DNA of 64,000 nucleotides, from assembly GCA_009778165.1 (NCBI GenBank), contig WRKF01000188.1, positions 61-64,060 of the forward strand, written 5' to 3'. Every line of letters starts with the position of its first letter. Position 1 is the stretch's first letter. Positions 16,049-25,646 of the stretch are shown here, piece by piece. The stretch comes from Defluviitaleaceae bacterium (GTDB lineage: Bacteria; Bacillota; Clostridia; Lachnospirales; UBA5962). Made by a program: the position numbers and the translations under genes. The notes beneath the pieces are model-generated. The model was not told the origin of the DNA. It worked only from the letters and a program-made list of their open reading frames with translations, and ran no database searches.

Positions 16049-16121
16049 GGGGATGTAGCTCAGCTGGGAGAGCACCTGCCTTGCACGCAGGGGGTCACGA
16101 GTTCGAATCTCGTCATCTCCA
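16049..16121 (+). tRNA. tRNA-Ala (anticodon TGC)
   Basis: GGGGATGTAGCTCAGCTGGGAGAGC..., G3:U70 pair, anticodon loop CTTGCAC; 73 nt. Confidence 0.92.
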
Positions 16122-16272
16122 CTGTTTACTTTTGTTATTAGGTTTTGTAGCGGTTTTGTATTTGTAGGTTTTGTATTTTTATTATTACGGCTTTGTTTTG
16201 CCGCAGATTTTGTTGATAGGGATTTTTGGGGGCTGGTCACAACTTGCAGTTGTTGCTCGCCGATGCGTCCGG

Positions 16273-16346
16273 GGGCTGGTAGCTCAGCTGGTTAGAGCAC
16301 ACGCCTGATAAGCGTGAGGTCGGTGGTTCGAGTCCACTTCAGCCCA
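16273..16346 (+). tRNA. tRNA-Ile (anticodon GAT)
   Basis: GGGCTGGTAGCTCAGCTGGTTAGAGC..., anticodon loop CTGATAA; 74 nt. Confidence 0.9.
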
Positions 16347-16363
16347 GACAATGGCTTGCACAT

Positions 16364-16436
16364 GGGGGTATAGCTCAGTTGGGAGAGCGCTTGACTGGCA
16401 GTCAAGAGGTCAGGAGTTCAAGTCTCCTTATCTCCA
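16364..16436 (+). tRNA. tRNA-Ala (anticodon GGC)
   Basis: GGGGGTATAGCTCAGTTGGGAGAGC..., G3:U70 pair, anticodon loop CTGGCAG; 73 nt. Confidence 0.88.
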
Positions 16437-16485
16437 GCCTTTTTTGGCAACAGATTTGGTAATTTCGCAATATATTTACTGTTTT

Positions 16486-16560
16486 CGGGGTGTAGCGTAG
16501 CTTGGCTAGCGCGCCTGATTTGGGTTCAGGAGGTCGGAGGTTCGAATCCTCTCACCCCGG
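16486..16560 (+). tRNA. tRNA-Pro (anticodon TGG)
   Basis: CGGGGTG / CACCCCG acceptor, anticodon loop TTTGGGT, T-arm GGAGGTTCGAATCCTC. Confidence 0.88.
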
Positions 16561-16647
16561 CTATTGAAGAGTATATTGGGGCTTTTTCTAATAATCCACA
16601 ATATACTCTTGGTTCTATTTTGTGATATTCCCCAAACCCTAGTTCGA

Positions 16648-16721
<74 letters not shown>

Positions 16722-16853
16722 TTTGTAGGGTGGGGGTTCTATAGAACTGTTGCGAAATTGGTTGCGAAATTGTTGTAATTGTTGTAAATGTATAAAGAAT
16801 ATGAAATCGAAATTTTGGTGGTGGCAGGGATTTTGCCTAAAAACGCTAATCAT

Positions 16854-16926
16854 GGTGAGTGTAGTTCAGTGGTAGAGCGCCAGATTGTGGTTCTGGTTGT
16901 CGCGGGTTCAAATCCCGTCACTCACC
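16854..16926 (+). tRNA. tRNA-His (anticodon GTG)
   Basis: Extra G-1 followed by GTGAGTG / CACTCAC acceptor, discriminator C, anticodon loop TTGTGGT. Confidence 0.9.
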
Positions 16927-16951
16927 CTTTCGCAAATATTTTTTGCTATTT

Positions 16952-17024
16952 GGGTCACTAGCTCAGTCGGCAGAGCATCAGACTTTTAATCTGGTTGTCC
17001 CGGGTTCGACCCCCGGGTGACTCA
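16952..17024 (+). tRNA. tRNA-Lys (anticodon TTT)
   Basis: GGGTCAC / GTGACTC acceptor, anticodon loop CTTTTAA, T-arm CGGGTTCGACCCCCG. Confidence 0.9.
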
Positions 17025-17199
17025 TTATTATATTGGTTATATTTGTACTTTTTGCACTTTTTCGCAACACTTGTTTTGTTTCGCCCTTTATTAGGGGCAT
17101 TTTTTATATTTTTTAAGCTACCGAGAAGTTACCGAATCAAGGAAGCAGTTCCGCTCGGTAATATTAAAAATTGTTCCTAAAGGAATTAGGAGTTTTATA

Positions 17200-19284
17200 A
17201 TGAACATTTCAGAGCTTTTTGGGGAAGGGCTGTTTAACGATCAAGCAATGAAAACAGCCTTACCAAAAGACACATACAGAGTTTTAAAAAACACAATAAA
17301 AAAAGGTGAACCCCTAACGCCCGATGTGGCAAAAATTGTAGCAAACGCTATGAAAGTATGGGCGGTGGAAAAGGGAGTGACTCACTATACCCACTGGTTT
17401 CAGCCTATGACGGGAATAACGGCAGAAAAGCACGACAGCTTTGTTGTTCCTTCCGGAGAAGGGGCGATTATGGAGTTTAGCGGAACATCTTTGGTTCGCG
17501 GTGAACCAGACGCTTCCAGCTTCCCTTCCGGAGGAATACGTGAAACATTTGAAGCCCGCGGTTACACCGCATGGGATCCTACATCATACGCATTTATTAA
17601 AGATGGCATACTTTGCATTCCCAGTGTATTTTACTCCTATAGCGGAGAGGCTTTGGACAAAAAAACGCCTCTTTTGCGTTCTTTGGAAATTATAAACAAA
17701 GGGGCATTACGAATTTTGAGGCTCTTTGGCGATAATAGCACAGGTCGTGTTTTTAGCACAGTTGGAGTTGAGCAGGAATTTTTTTTGATTGACAAGTGGA
17801 TATTTAACGAAAGGCCGGATTTGGTTTTTTGTGGCAGAACCCTTTTGGGTGCAAAACCCCCACGGGGGCAAGAAATGGAAGATCACTATTATGGCACGCT
17901 AAAGCCTCGTGTTTCCGCTTTTTTTAAAGAGTTAAACCGAGAGTTGTGGAGATTGGGAATATACGCAAAAACTCAACACAACGAGGTAGCCCCCTCTCAA
18001 CACGAGCTTGCCTGTATTTTTGCAAACGGCAATATTTCCGCTGACCAAAACCAACTCGTTATGGAGTTGTTAAAATCTTTAGCAAAAAAACACGATATGG
18101 AATGCCTGCTTCACGAAAAACCTTTTGAAGGGGTAAACGGCAGCGGCAAGCACAACAATTGGTCTTTGGCTACAGACTTGGGAGAAAACCTACTGGAGCC
18201 GGGAAAAGAGCCGCACAAAAACTACAGATTCCTAGTGTTTTTGTCTTCTGTTATAAAAGCCTTAGATAAATACGGTTCGTTGTTGCGGGCAAGTATTGCC
18301 GATGCCGGTTGTGATTGTCGCCTTGGGGCAAACGAAGCCCCTCCTACTGTTGTTTCTGTATATCTTGGCAGTGAAATCGAAAACATTCTTAACGCCCTGG
18401 AAACTAAAACAGACTATATACCTCTCCAAAAAAAAGGTATAAACTTGGGCGTTACGTCCCTTGCGAGTTTCCCGAGTGATACTACCGATCGCAACCGAAC
18501 ATCACCGTTTGCGTTTACAGGCAACAAGTTCGAGTTCAGAATGCCCGGTTCTTCTGCTTCCGTATCCGAGCCAAATTTTATTTTGAACACAATGGTTGCA
18601 GAGGTTTTGCTTGAGTTTGCAGACCACTTGGAGCTAAAGGTAAAAATGGGCGAAGATTTGGAGATGGCAGTAAAAGAGCTAGTTTCTGATACTATGAAAA
18701 ACCACAAACGCATAATATTTAACGGGGATGGCTATAGCCAACAATGGGTACAAGAAGCAGCCAAACGTGGTCTTCCCAACTTAGCCACAGCAGTAGATGC
18801 AATTCCACAGCTAATAACTCGAAAGAGTGTGGACTTGTTTGAAAGGCACGGTATACTAAGCCGTAATGAACTAGTGCCTCGTTGCGACATTATGCTTGAG
18901 GACTATGCAAAACAAATCAATATAGAAGCTCTAACAATGATAGGAATGATAGAAAGCCGTATTATCCCGGCAATATTTAAGTATGAAAATGAGCTAGTAA
19001 CATTATCTCTTGGGAAAAAACAGCTTAATTTGCCGATTATATTAGAGGAGGATATTTTAAAGAAAATATCTGCTCTAACCGAATCTTTGCAAAAAGCACT
19101 AACCACATTAAAAAATCATACGGAAAAAATACATACCCAAGAAACTCCGATAAAAGCAGCGTCATACTGCAAAGATTATATATTAGACGATATGAATAAC
19201 CTACGAGAAGTGGTTGACAAACTTGAGAAAGTTGTAGTAAACTGGCCGTTCCCATCCTATGCCGACATGCTATATAGCATTTAA
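17200..19284 (+). CDS. glnN: Type III glutamine synthetase
   Basis: 694-aa ORF, the length typical of GS-III. Motifs include HYTHWFQPMTG, QHNEVAPSQHELA and NGSGKHNNWS. AGGAG lies 8 nt upstream. Confidence 0.9.
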   Translation: MNISELFGEGLFNDQAMKTALPKDTYRVLKNTIKKGEPLTPDVAKIVANAMKVWAVEKGVTHYTHWFQPMTGITAEKHDSFVVPSGEGAIMEFSGTSLVRGEPDASSFPSGGIRETFEARGYTAWDPTSYAFIKDGILCIPSVFYSYSGEALDKKTPLLRSLEIINKGALRILRLFGDNSTGRVFSTVGVEQEFFLIDKWIFNERPDLVFCGRTLLGAKPPRGQEMEDHYYGTLKPRVSAFFKELNRELWRLGIYAKTQHNEVAPSQHELACIFANGNISADQNQLVMELLKSLAKKHDMECLLHEKPFEGVNGSGKHNNWSLATDLGENLLEPGKEPHKNYRFLVFLSSVIKALDKYGSLLRASIADAGCDCRLGANEAPPTVVSVYLGSEIENILNALETKTDYIPLQKKGINLGVTSLASFPSDTTDRNRTSPFAFTGNKFEFRMPGSSASVSEPNFILNTMVAEVLLEFADHLELKVKMGEDLEMAVKELVSDTMKNHKRIIFNGDGYSQQWVQEAAKRGLPNLATAVDAIPQLITRKSVDLFERHGILSRNELVPRCDIMLEDYAKQINIEALTMIGMIESRIIPAIFKYENELVTLSLGKKQLNLPIILEEDILKKISALTESLQKALTTLKNHTEKIHTQETPIKAASYCKDYILDDMNNLREVVDKLEKVVVNWPFPSYADMLYSI

Positions 19285-19301
19285 TAAAATATAGGAGGAT
19301 T

Positions 19302-20402
19302 GTGAGGATTGTTATGATAGTTGTAAATTATGGTAAAGACTGGGTAAAAAGCACATATGAGACCCTGGAAGCATCGGATATTAAAGTATACTTAAAACCC
19401 GGAATGGCTGTGGCAATTAAGCCCAATTTGGTTTTGGCAAGCCCTCCCGAAAACGGTGCAACGACACACCCCGAGGTGTTGGAGGGTATTATTTGTTTTT
19501 TGAAAGATTTTGGTATTACCAAAATAAAGATAATGGAAAGCTCCGCTGTTGGAAACGATACAAAAAAAGCCTACAAAGTATGCGGTTATGAATACCTGAC
19601 AAAAAAATACAATGTTCCCCTGGTGGATCTAAAAAACGCCCCGCACAAGACACTAAATCATAGCGGCCTCGATATACAAATTGCCGAAGCCGCTTTTGAA
19701 ACAGACTTTTTTATTAACGTTCCTGTTCTAAAAGCTCATTGCCAAACCCGCTTTACCTGTTGCCTGAAAAATTTAAAAGGTTGCATACCGGAAAAAGAAA
19801 TGCGGCGATTTCATGCCTTGGGCCTGCATAAGCCTATTGCCGCCTTAGCTTCGTTGTTGCCTGTTCACTATTGTGTTGTGGACGGAATTTGCGGAGATCT
19901 CTCTTTTGAAGAAGGTGGTAGCCCAGTAGAAGCAAACCGCATTATTGCAGGGCGTGATTCGCTCCTCATCGATTCTTTTTGTGCTGAACTTATCGGATAC
20001 AAACCTCAAGATATAGGGTATTTGGTTCATGCACAAGAAAATGGGCTTGGGGAGTTTTTTTCTGCCAAAACAAAGGTGATGGAGCTTGGAGTCGATAACA
20101 AGCCTGCCATACAACAAAAAAGCAAAAGGTTGTCCGAGGATTATCGATCGAAAAATACCGGTATTGCTGAAGACAGAGCTTGTTCAGTATGTTACGCAGC
20201 TCTTATATTTGCACTACACAGAAACGGTTATAATCCAAGCAAAATCGAAAAAATTTGTATTGGTCAGGGTTTTAAAGGAAAGACAGACCAAAACACAAGC
20301 ACATTGGGGATAGGGGATTGTGCAAGGGGGTTTGATAACCATGTAGGAGGTTGCCCACCAAAAGCTGTTGATATTATAACAATGATAAACACACTTCATT
20401 AA
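19302..20402 (+). CDS. DUF362-like protein with a Cys-rich C-terminus
   Basis: MAVAIKPNLVLASPPENGATTHPEVLEGII..., VPVLKAHCQT, and a C-terminal CSVCYAAL...GDCARG...GGCPPK. The start is uncertain (GTG 19302 or ATG 19314). Confidence 0.65.
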   Translation: MRIVMIVVNYGKDWVKSTYETLEASDIKVYLKPGMAVAIKPNLVLASPPENGATTHPEVLEGIICFLKDFGITKIKIMESSAVGNDTKKAYKVCGYEYLTKKYNVPLVDLKNAPHKTLNHSGLDIQIAEAAFETDFFINVPVLKAHCQTRFTCCLKNLKGCIPEKEMRRFHALGLHKPIAALASLLPVHYCVVDGICGDLSFEEGGSPVEANRIIAGRDSLLIDSFCAELIGYKPQDIGYLVHAQENGLGEFFSAKTKVMELGVDNKPAIQQKSKRLSEDYRSKNTGIAEDRACSVCYAALIFALHRNGYNPSKIEKICIGQGFKGKTDQNTSTLGIGDCARGFDNHVGGCPPKAVDIITMINTLH

Positions 20403-20412
20403 GGAGGTACAA

Positions 20413-21507
20413 ATGAATACGTTCAAAGCAGGTTTTTCTGATTTTCTTGCGTCCGGTGCCGCAGTTTTGGCAGGGCTTTTTGTTGGATTGATAGTGCTTT
20501 TTTTTACAAATGCCAGCCAAGCCATTCCGGCTTTTTTAACCATACTCACATCCGGTTTTAGTAGCTTACGCAACTTTGGTGATGTACTTTACTTTGCAAC
20601 ACCGATTATAATGACAGGGCTTTCTGTTGGCTTTGCCTACAAAACCGGACTTTTCAACATTGGAGCCACAGGGCAATTCACCTTTGGAGCTTTTGCAGCG
20701 ATTTATGTTGGGGTAGAATTTCAGTTTTTGCCCCCCGCTATCCGTATAATAACTGCTCTTGTTGCGGCAATGCTCTGTGGAGCTCTTTGGGCTGCGATAC
20801 CCGGCCTTTTAAAAGCCTATCGCAATGTACATGAGGTTATTTCTTGCATTATGAGCAATTATATCGGCATGTTTCTTGTTAATTGGCTTATTTTAAACAC
20901 AATATTTGACCCCTTCCGCGCCCAAACCGCAGTCGTTCCGGCATCTTCTAACATGCCCAGGTGGGGAATGAACTATATTTTTACGGACGGGATAATAGCT
21001 TCTTCGGTAAATAGTGGTATTATTGTAGCACTAGCCGCCGCTGTCATCATTCACATTGTCCTCAACAAAACTAAATTTGGTTTTGAGCTAAAGGCGGCAG
21101 GCTTTAACAAAGATGCTGCAAAATACGCCGGGATAGCCCAAAACCGCAATATTGTGCTAAGTATGATGATATCAGGAGCATTGGCGGGGCTTGGGGGAGC
21201 GTTACTATACCTTTCCGGAGCAGGTATTTCCATGAATGTAGCCAATGTTTTAGCCGCAGAGGGTTTTACGGGAATATCCGTTGCTTTTCTTGCACTAGGT
21301 AGCCCCATCGGGATAATATTTACCGGTATGCTAATTGCTTACCTTCACCTTGGGGGTTTTACTATGCAATTGTTTGGTTTTGTTCCGGAAATTATAGAAA
21401 TTGTAATCTCTGTTATAATTTACTTTAGCGCCTTTTCTTTGCTGATGAAAATATATTTAACTCGTTTGGCGAAAAAGAGAGCTAAGGAAAAAGAGGAGGT
21501 CGTATGA
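20413..21507 (+). CDS. ABC transporter permease, BMP/nucleoside (NupP/YufP-like) family
   Basis: 364-aa polytopic protein with GLFNIGATGQF and ISGALAGLGGAL motifs typical of the CUT2 / basic-membrane-protein transporter permeases. Confidence 0.82.
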   Translation: MNTFKAGFSDFLASGAAVLAGLFVGLIVLFFTNASQAIPAFLTILTSGFSSLRNFGDVLYFATPIIMTGLSVGFAYKTGLFNIGATGQFTFGAFAAIYVGVEFQFLPPAIRIITALVAAMLCGALWAAIPGLLKAYRNVHEVISCIMSNYIGMFLVNWLILNTIFDPFRAQTAVVPASSNMPRWGMNYIFTDGIIASSVNSGIIVALAAAVIIHIVLNKTKFGFELKAAGFNKDAAKYAGIAQNRNIVLSMMISGALAGLGGALLYLSGAGISMNVANVLAAEGFTGISVAFLALGSPIGIIFTGMLIAYLHLGGFTMQLFGFVPEIIEIVISVIIYFSAFSLLMKIYLTRLAKKRAKEKEEVV

Positions 21508-22454
21508 TATTTTTTATTATGCAACAAACGATGTTTTTTTTCATACCGTTGCTAATTGTAGCGTTGGGAGGGATGTTTTCTGAACGGAGCGGTATTGTTA
21601 ATATTGCATTGGAAGGCATAATGGTTATGGGGGCATTCACATCTATTTTGTTTATTTCCACATTTCAGCATATGATGCCGGGTCAGACCACGTTGCTTTT
21701 GGGGCTGTTAATAGCGATGGCGACAGGTGTCTTTGTTGCCTGTTTCCACGCCTACGCATGTATTAATTTAAATGCCAATCAAACGATAAGCGGTATTGCC
21801 ATTAACATTTTCGCTCCGGCTTTCGCTATTTACACTGCCCGTATTGTCGGACAAACTCAGCAGGTGTTTTTTGCACCTCAAATGTTTCTTATTAGCTCGG
21901 TACCCATTTTGGGGGAAATACCCATTATTGGACCTTCGTTTTTTCAGGGTGCTTATATCACCACATATATTGGGATAGGCGTTTTGGTAGTTAGCTGGTT
22001 TGTGCTTTACAAAACCAGGTTCGGTTTGCGGCTACGTTCTTGTGGTGAACATCCCCAGGCCGCCGATAGTGTTGGTATAAATGTGTATCGCATACGATGG
22101 GCTGCTGTCCTTATATCCGGAGCTTTAGCAGGAATGGGCGGACTGGTTCTTATTGTACCCACATCTATTGCATTTAATGCCACTGTTAGCGGTTATGGCT
22201 TTTTGGCAATCGCTGTCCTTATCTTTGGCCAATGGAAGCCTCTTAGAATAATTTTGGCAGCTTTCTTTTTTGGTTTAATGCAGGCTATTACCGCTAGCCA
22301 CACTGTCATAGGCTTTTTGCGCGATATTGCGATCCCTGCCCACTTTTACCACATGACGCCCTATATAGCCACTTTGGTTTTGTTGGCTTTTACATCAAAA
22401 AGATCTGCGGCCCCGCGAGCATTAGGCCAGCCTTACGAGAAAGGATTGAGATAA
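21504..22454 (+). CDS. ABC transporter permease, BMP/nucleoside (NupQ/YufQ-like) family
   Basis: 316-aa polytopic protein with SERSGIVNIALEGIM and ISGALAGMGG. It overlaps the upstream permease by 4 nt. Confidence 0.82.
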   Translation: MIFFIMQQTMFFFIPLLIVALGGMFSERSGIVNIALEGIMVMGAFTSILFISTFQHMMPGQTTLLLGLLIAMATGVFVACFHAYACINLNANQTISGIAINIFAPAFAIYTARIVGQTQQVFFAPQMFLISSVPILGEIPIIGPSFFQGAYITTYIGIGVLVVSWFVLYKTRFGLRLRSCGEHPQAADSVGINVYRIRWAAVLISGALAGMGGLVLIVPTSIAFNATVSGYGFLAIAVLIFGQWKPLRIILAAFFFGLMQAITASHTVIGFLRDIAIPAHFYHMTPYIATLVLLAFTSKRSAAPRALGQPYEKGLR

Positions 22455-22455
22455 T

Positions 22456-23745
22456 ATGAGAATGTACGACATTATAATGAAAAAAAGAGAAGGGAAGGAG
22501 CTAGAGGTAAATGAAATCGCCTTTTTTGTGAAGGGATACACATCCGGAGAAGTGCCGGACTATCAAGCCGCCGCTTTGCTTATGGCAATAATGTTTAATG
22601 GGATGACAAAAACCGAAACGGCAGCATTAACTTTGCAAATGGCTAAAAGCGGCGATATGCTGGATCTTAGCTCAATTGATGGTATAAAAGTTGACAAGCA
22701 CTCTACCGGTGGTGTGGGGGACAAGGTGAGCCTTGTGGTGGGACCGATTGCGGCCGCAAACGGTGTTCCCGTGGCAAAAATGAGTGGCAGAGGTCTTGGC
22801 CACACGGGGGGAACAGTAGACAAAATGGAGTCTATACCCGGCTTTAATACAGAGCTTGCCACCAAGGATTTTATAGCCCAGGTACAAAAAAATGGTTTGG
22901 CTATAATCGGACAAACAGGCAATATTGCTCCTGCCGACAAAAAGCTATACGCCCTGCGAGATGTAACGGCTACGGTAGACAGTATACCCCTTATTGCCGC
23001 ATCTATAATGAGTAAAAAACTGGCAAGCGGTGCAGATGCCTTTGTGTTGGATGTGAAGGTGGGGAGCGGTGCATTTGCTAAAACCCCCCAATGGGCAACG
23101 GAGCTTGCGGATGCAATGGTAGAGATTGCAACGGAAAACGGCAAAAAAGCCGTTGCACTCCTAACAAATATGGACAGACCACTGGGTCGCACCGCCGGCA
23201 ACTGGCTAGAAATTGCAGAGGTAATAGAAACTTTGCAAGGAAAGGGTCCGGAGGATTTAACGTTTATTTGCGGTCAAGTTGCCGCAAATATGCTGTTTCT
23301 TGCAGACAAAGGCACACTGGAGCAATGTCAAAAAATGGTGGATACGGTTATACAGAATGGGAGAGCTTTTGAAAAATTTAAGGAAATGGTAGCTGCCCAA
23401 GGCGGGGATACTCATTTTATAGACAATCCCGAAAAATACCCAAAAGCCGCTTTTATAAAAGACTATACAGCAAAAGCTAGTGGTTACATAGAAAGTATGA
23501 ATACAGAAAATGCAGGGATTGCAACCGTTATATTAGGTGCGGGCCGTGCAAAAAAAGAAGATATAATTGATCCAAAGGCAGGTATAGTATTCCACAAAAA
23601 AACCGGCGATAAAGTCGATGAGGGAGATAAAATTGCAACTCTTTATACTCAAAAAGAAGAGATGGCGAACGAAGCCGCCCTGCTATTGGATTCTTCAATC
23701 ACAATAGGGAACAAAAAGCCCGAGAGCATAAAATTGATATATTAA
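22456..23745 (+). CDS. pdp: Pyrimidine-nucleoside (thymidine) phosphorylase
   Basis: MRMYDIIMKKREGKEL..., VDKHSTGGVGDKVSL, GRGLGHTGGTVDK; 429 aa. Confidence 0.92.
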   Translation: MRMYDIIMKKREGKELEVNEIAFFVKGYTSGEVPDYQAAALLMAIMFNGMTKTETAALTLQMAKSGDMLDLSSIDGIKVDKHSTGGVGDKVSLVVGPIAAANGVPVAKMSGRGLGHTGGTVDKMESIPGFNTELATKDFIAQVQKNGLAIIGQTGNIAPADKKLYALRDVTATVDSIPLIAASIMSKKLASGADAFVLDVKVGSGAFAKTPQWATELADAMVEIATENGKKAVALLTNMDRPLGRTAGNWLEIAEVIETLQGKGPEDLTFICGQVAANMLFLADKGTLEQCQKMVDTVIQNGRAFEKFKEMVAAQGGDTHFIDNPEKYPKAAFIKDYTAKASGYIESMNTENAGIATVILGAGRAKKEDIIDPKAGIVFHKKTGDKVDEGDKIATLYTQKEEMANEAALLLDSSITIGNKKPESIKLIY

Positions 23746-23766
23746 GGCGACTTAAAATGGGCAACC

Positions 23767-24876
23767 TTAATGAAAAGTGATATAATCGACTATATATCGG
23801 TTGAATTCCTCTAAAAAAGCCACTATTTCGTTGAAGTAAGGAGTATCGTAACCGCCATAGTTATCAGACAAAATAACCAAAATAAAGGGGGAAGGTGCGT
23901 ACACAATAGCCATTTTGTGCCATGCCCCCCCAAACAAAGGAAACCACCCGGTTTTGCTTGCCACAGGATAGTTGGATTCAAAGAAGGGATAATGATTGTT
24001 AAGCAAATGATCTAAAAATGTGCGACTGTAACGACCTCCTCTGTTTATATAATCATATTTGGCACGCATTAAAAGCCCCGCCTGGTTCGCAGTTGTACGA
24101 GAATATGTAATGTTGTGTATAAGGCTTGAATCGCCCCCCAAACCTTCAATAAAACGTGTAAAACCAGCCACACCATGGATAGAACGCAACATACGTAGAG
24201 CAACATTATCACTATGAAACAAGTTATAAGCTAAAAGTTGATGTTGGCTAAAATAATGCCCAAACTCAAAATTGTGGCGTATAATGCCACTACCTCCCGC
24301 ATAATATTCTTCTAAAAAAGGATGTGCTGAACTTAGATCGGTAAGCCACACATCAGCTTTTTGGTAAATATATAATGCAAACGGGGCTTTTGTGAGGCTT
24401 GCAGCAAAATAAACCCTCTCTCCGTTGCGGGTAAATGTGAAGCCGATTTCCGGGTTATGATAATAAACTGCAATGCGAGAAGGGAAGCCCGAAAAAAACT
24501 GCTCCAAAACATATGTATGCGAATCAAAACGAGACTCAAAAGGTTCCTCATAAGCATCTTCTTTATAATCGGGTTCTTCATAAGCAGGCTCTTCAAAGAT
24601 TTCTTCTGAAGCATTATATGAAACAGATGCCACAACTCTCTCAAAAATAAGTCCAACGTCGTCGTATGCCGGTTCTTCAAGGGTCGTAAGTTCGGCATCG
24701 TCGTATGTTGGCTCTTCAAGGGTCGTAAGTTCAACGTCGTCGTATGTCGGCTCTTCAAAGGTCGGGTGTTGATTCGTTGTTTCTCCAAGTCCAAGGGCAT
24801 ATACAAAAAATATAGTTGCGGCTACAAATGCTATACACAACAAAACTTTAAAATTTTTTGCAGAGGGCTTATTCAT
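23767..24876 (-). CDS. Membrane-anchored class-A beta-lactamase-fold serine hydrolase with an acidic tandem-repeat linker
   Basis: N-terminal TM segment, three LEEPTYDD(V/A)ELTT-type repeats, then all three class-A/PBP motifs: SLTK (SxxK), SDN, KTG. Confidence 0.72.
   Translation of the reverse strand: MNKPSAKNFKVLLCIAFVAATIFFVYALGLGETTNQHPTFEEPTYDDVELTTLEEPTYDDAELTTLEEPAYDDVGLIFERVVASVSYNASEEIFEEPAYEEPDYKEDAYEEPFESRFDSHTYVLEQFFSGFPSRIAVYYHNPEIGFTFTRNGERVYFAASLTKAPFALYIYQKADVWLTDLSSAHPFLEEYYAGGSGIIRHNFEFGHYFSQHQLLAYNLFHSDNVALRMLRSIHGVAGFTRFIEGLGGDSSLIHNITYSRTTANQAGLLMRAKYDYINRGGRYSRTFLDHLLNNHYPFFESNYPVASKTGWFPLFGGAWHKMAIVYAPSPFILVILSDNYGGYDTPYFNEIVAFLEEFNRYIVDYITFH
24655..24759 (-). repeat. 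Coding tandem repeat (39-nt unit, ~2.7 copies) in the serine hydrolase linker
   Basis: EEPTYDDVELTTL / EEPTYDDAELTTL / EEPAYDDVGL. The DNA units are near-identical. Confidence 0.85.
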
Positions 24877-24959
24877 AGGACACCTATATTAGGGACAAGG
24901 GGCTAGCCCCTTGCAGGGCTAGAACCAAGATCCCGCGGTTTTATGTACAACCAAACAAA

Positions 24960-25580
24960 TCAAAAAACTTTAGCCATTTCTATTGCTCGTTTGGTTGCTA
25001 TTTCTTTTATTTGGTCCGCCAAATCCGGCTTTTGCCCGTGACCCTGTATAAACAACGTTTCTATTTCTCTTACACCAATCAGGTTCATAACTTCACGCAA
25101 CACAGCATCGGCTTGGCTAATTGTCTTTATGTATCCACCGCTAGCGTGAATATGCACTACTTTGCGCCCGGCTTCTACCAACCCTCTCGGATAACCATCA
25201 TCTGTGTACGTAAATGTCTTCCCGGACACACACAATGTATCCAAATAAGATTTAAACCTGGCAGGGAAGCAAGAATTCCACAAAGGAGTTATAAATAAAT
25301 ATTTGTCATGGTCTAAAAACTGTTGCAATAGTGCACCGGAGGCAATCAGAGCCTTTTGCACTTCCGGTGCAATGTCGTCAAAATTACCACCGGAAGAAAG
25401 ATCAGCCATAGCACTCATCATACGACTATCCAACTCAGGCACATATATATCAAACAAGTTTACTTCTGTTACTTGGTGTGTAGGATGTGCGGCTTTGTAG
25501 CTTTCCACAAAAACCTTGCCTACGGCACGCCCAAAGGATAATTCACTAGCGTTTGCAGATACTGCTAATAGTTTTGTCAA
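24960..25580 (-). CDS. azoR: FMN-dependent NADH-azoreductase-like flavodoxin-fold oxidoreductase
   Basis: 206-aa ORF with MTKLLAVSANASELSFGRAVGKVFVESYKAAHPTHQVTEVNLFD and YLFITPLWNSCFPARFKSYLD (AzoR/AcpD pattern). Confidence 0.78.
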   Translation of the reverse strand: MTKLLAVSANASELSFGRAVGKVFVESYKAAHPTHQVTEVNLFDIYVPELDSRMMSAMADLSSGGNFDDIAPEVQKALIASGALLQQFLDHDKYLFITPLWNSCFPARFKSYLDTLCVSGKTFTYTDDGYPRGLVEAGRKVVHIHASGGYIKTISQADAVLREVMNLIGVREIETLFIQGHGQKPDLADQIKEIATKRAIEMAKVF

Positions 25581-25646
25581 AATAAATCCCCCCTTTTATA
25601 CAATTTCATACAATTTCATATAATTTTATGTGAGTTTCTATAATTT

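Noticed and set aside
15694-16240. Three minus-strand ORFs (109, 105 and 78 aa) across the tRNA cluster
   Set aside because: They are read through tRNA-Ser, tRNA-Ser and tRNA-Ala genes. The open frames are a by-product of the structured tRNA sequences.
16049-16346. tRNA-Ala(TGC)/tRNA-Ile(GAT) taken as evidence for an rRNA operon
   Set aside because: No 16S, 23S or 5S-like sequence flanks them. The neighbours are other tRNAs, and the order (Ala then Ile) is opposite to the usual spacer arrangement.
17121-17160. Stem TACCGAG...CTCGGTA upstream of glnN considered as a glutamine riboswitch or T-box
   Set aside because: It is only ~40 nt and does not resemble what I recall of the glnA RNA motif or T-box specifier/antiterminator architecture. 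It contains the dispersed GCAGTTCCG motif, so I reported it under that finding instead.
22563-23201. 212-aa minus-strand ORF (and 22672-22914) inside the pdp gene
   Set aside because: It is antisense to a confidently identified pyrimidine-nucleoside phosphorylase. The composition is Ala/Ser/Pro-rich, typical of shadow ORFs in a GC-richer gene, and there is no RBS or recognisable motif.
24333-24806. 157-aa alternative-frame ORF within the serine hydrolase gene
   Set aside because: It is on the same strand in a different frame, kept open by the tandem-repeat region (its translation repeats LKSRHTTTLNLRP). The annotated frame carries the SxxK/SDN/KTG motifs.
24900-24935. Palindrome AAGGGGCTAGCCCCTT, with the alternative stem CTAGCCC/GGGCTAG, as the azoR terminator
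   Set aside because: It is a good GC stem but has no U-tract on the minus strand, and competing alternative pairings exist. That is not enough to call a terminator with confidence.
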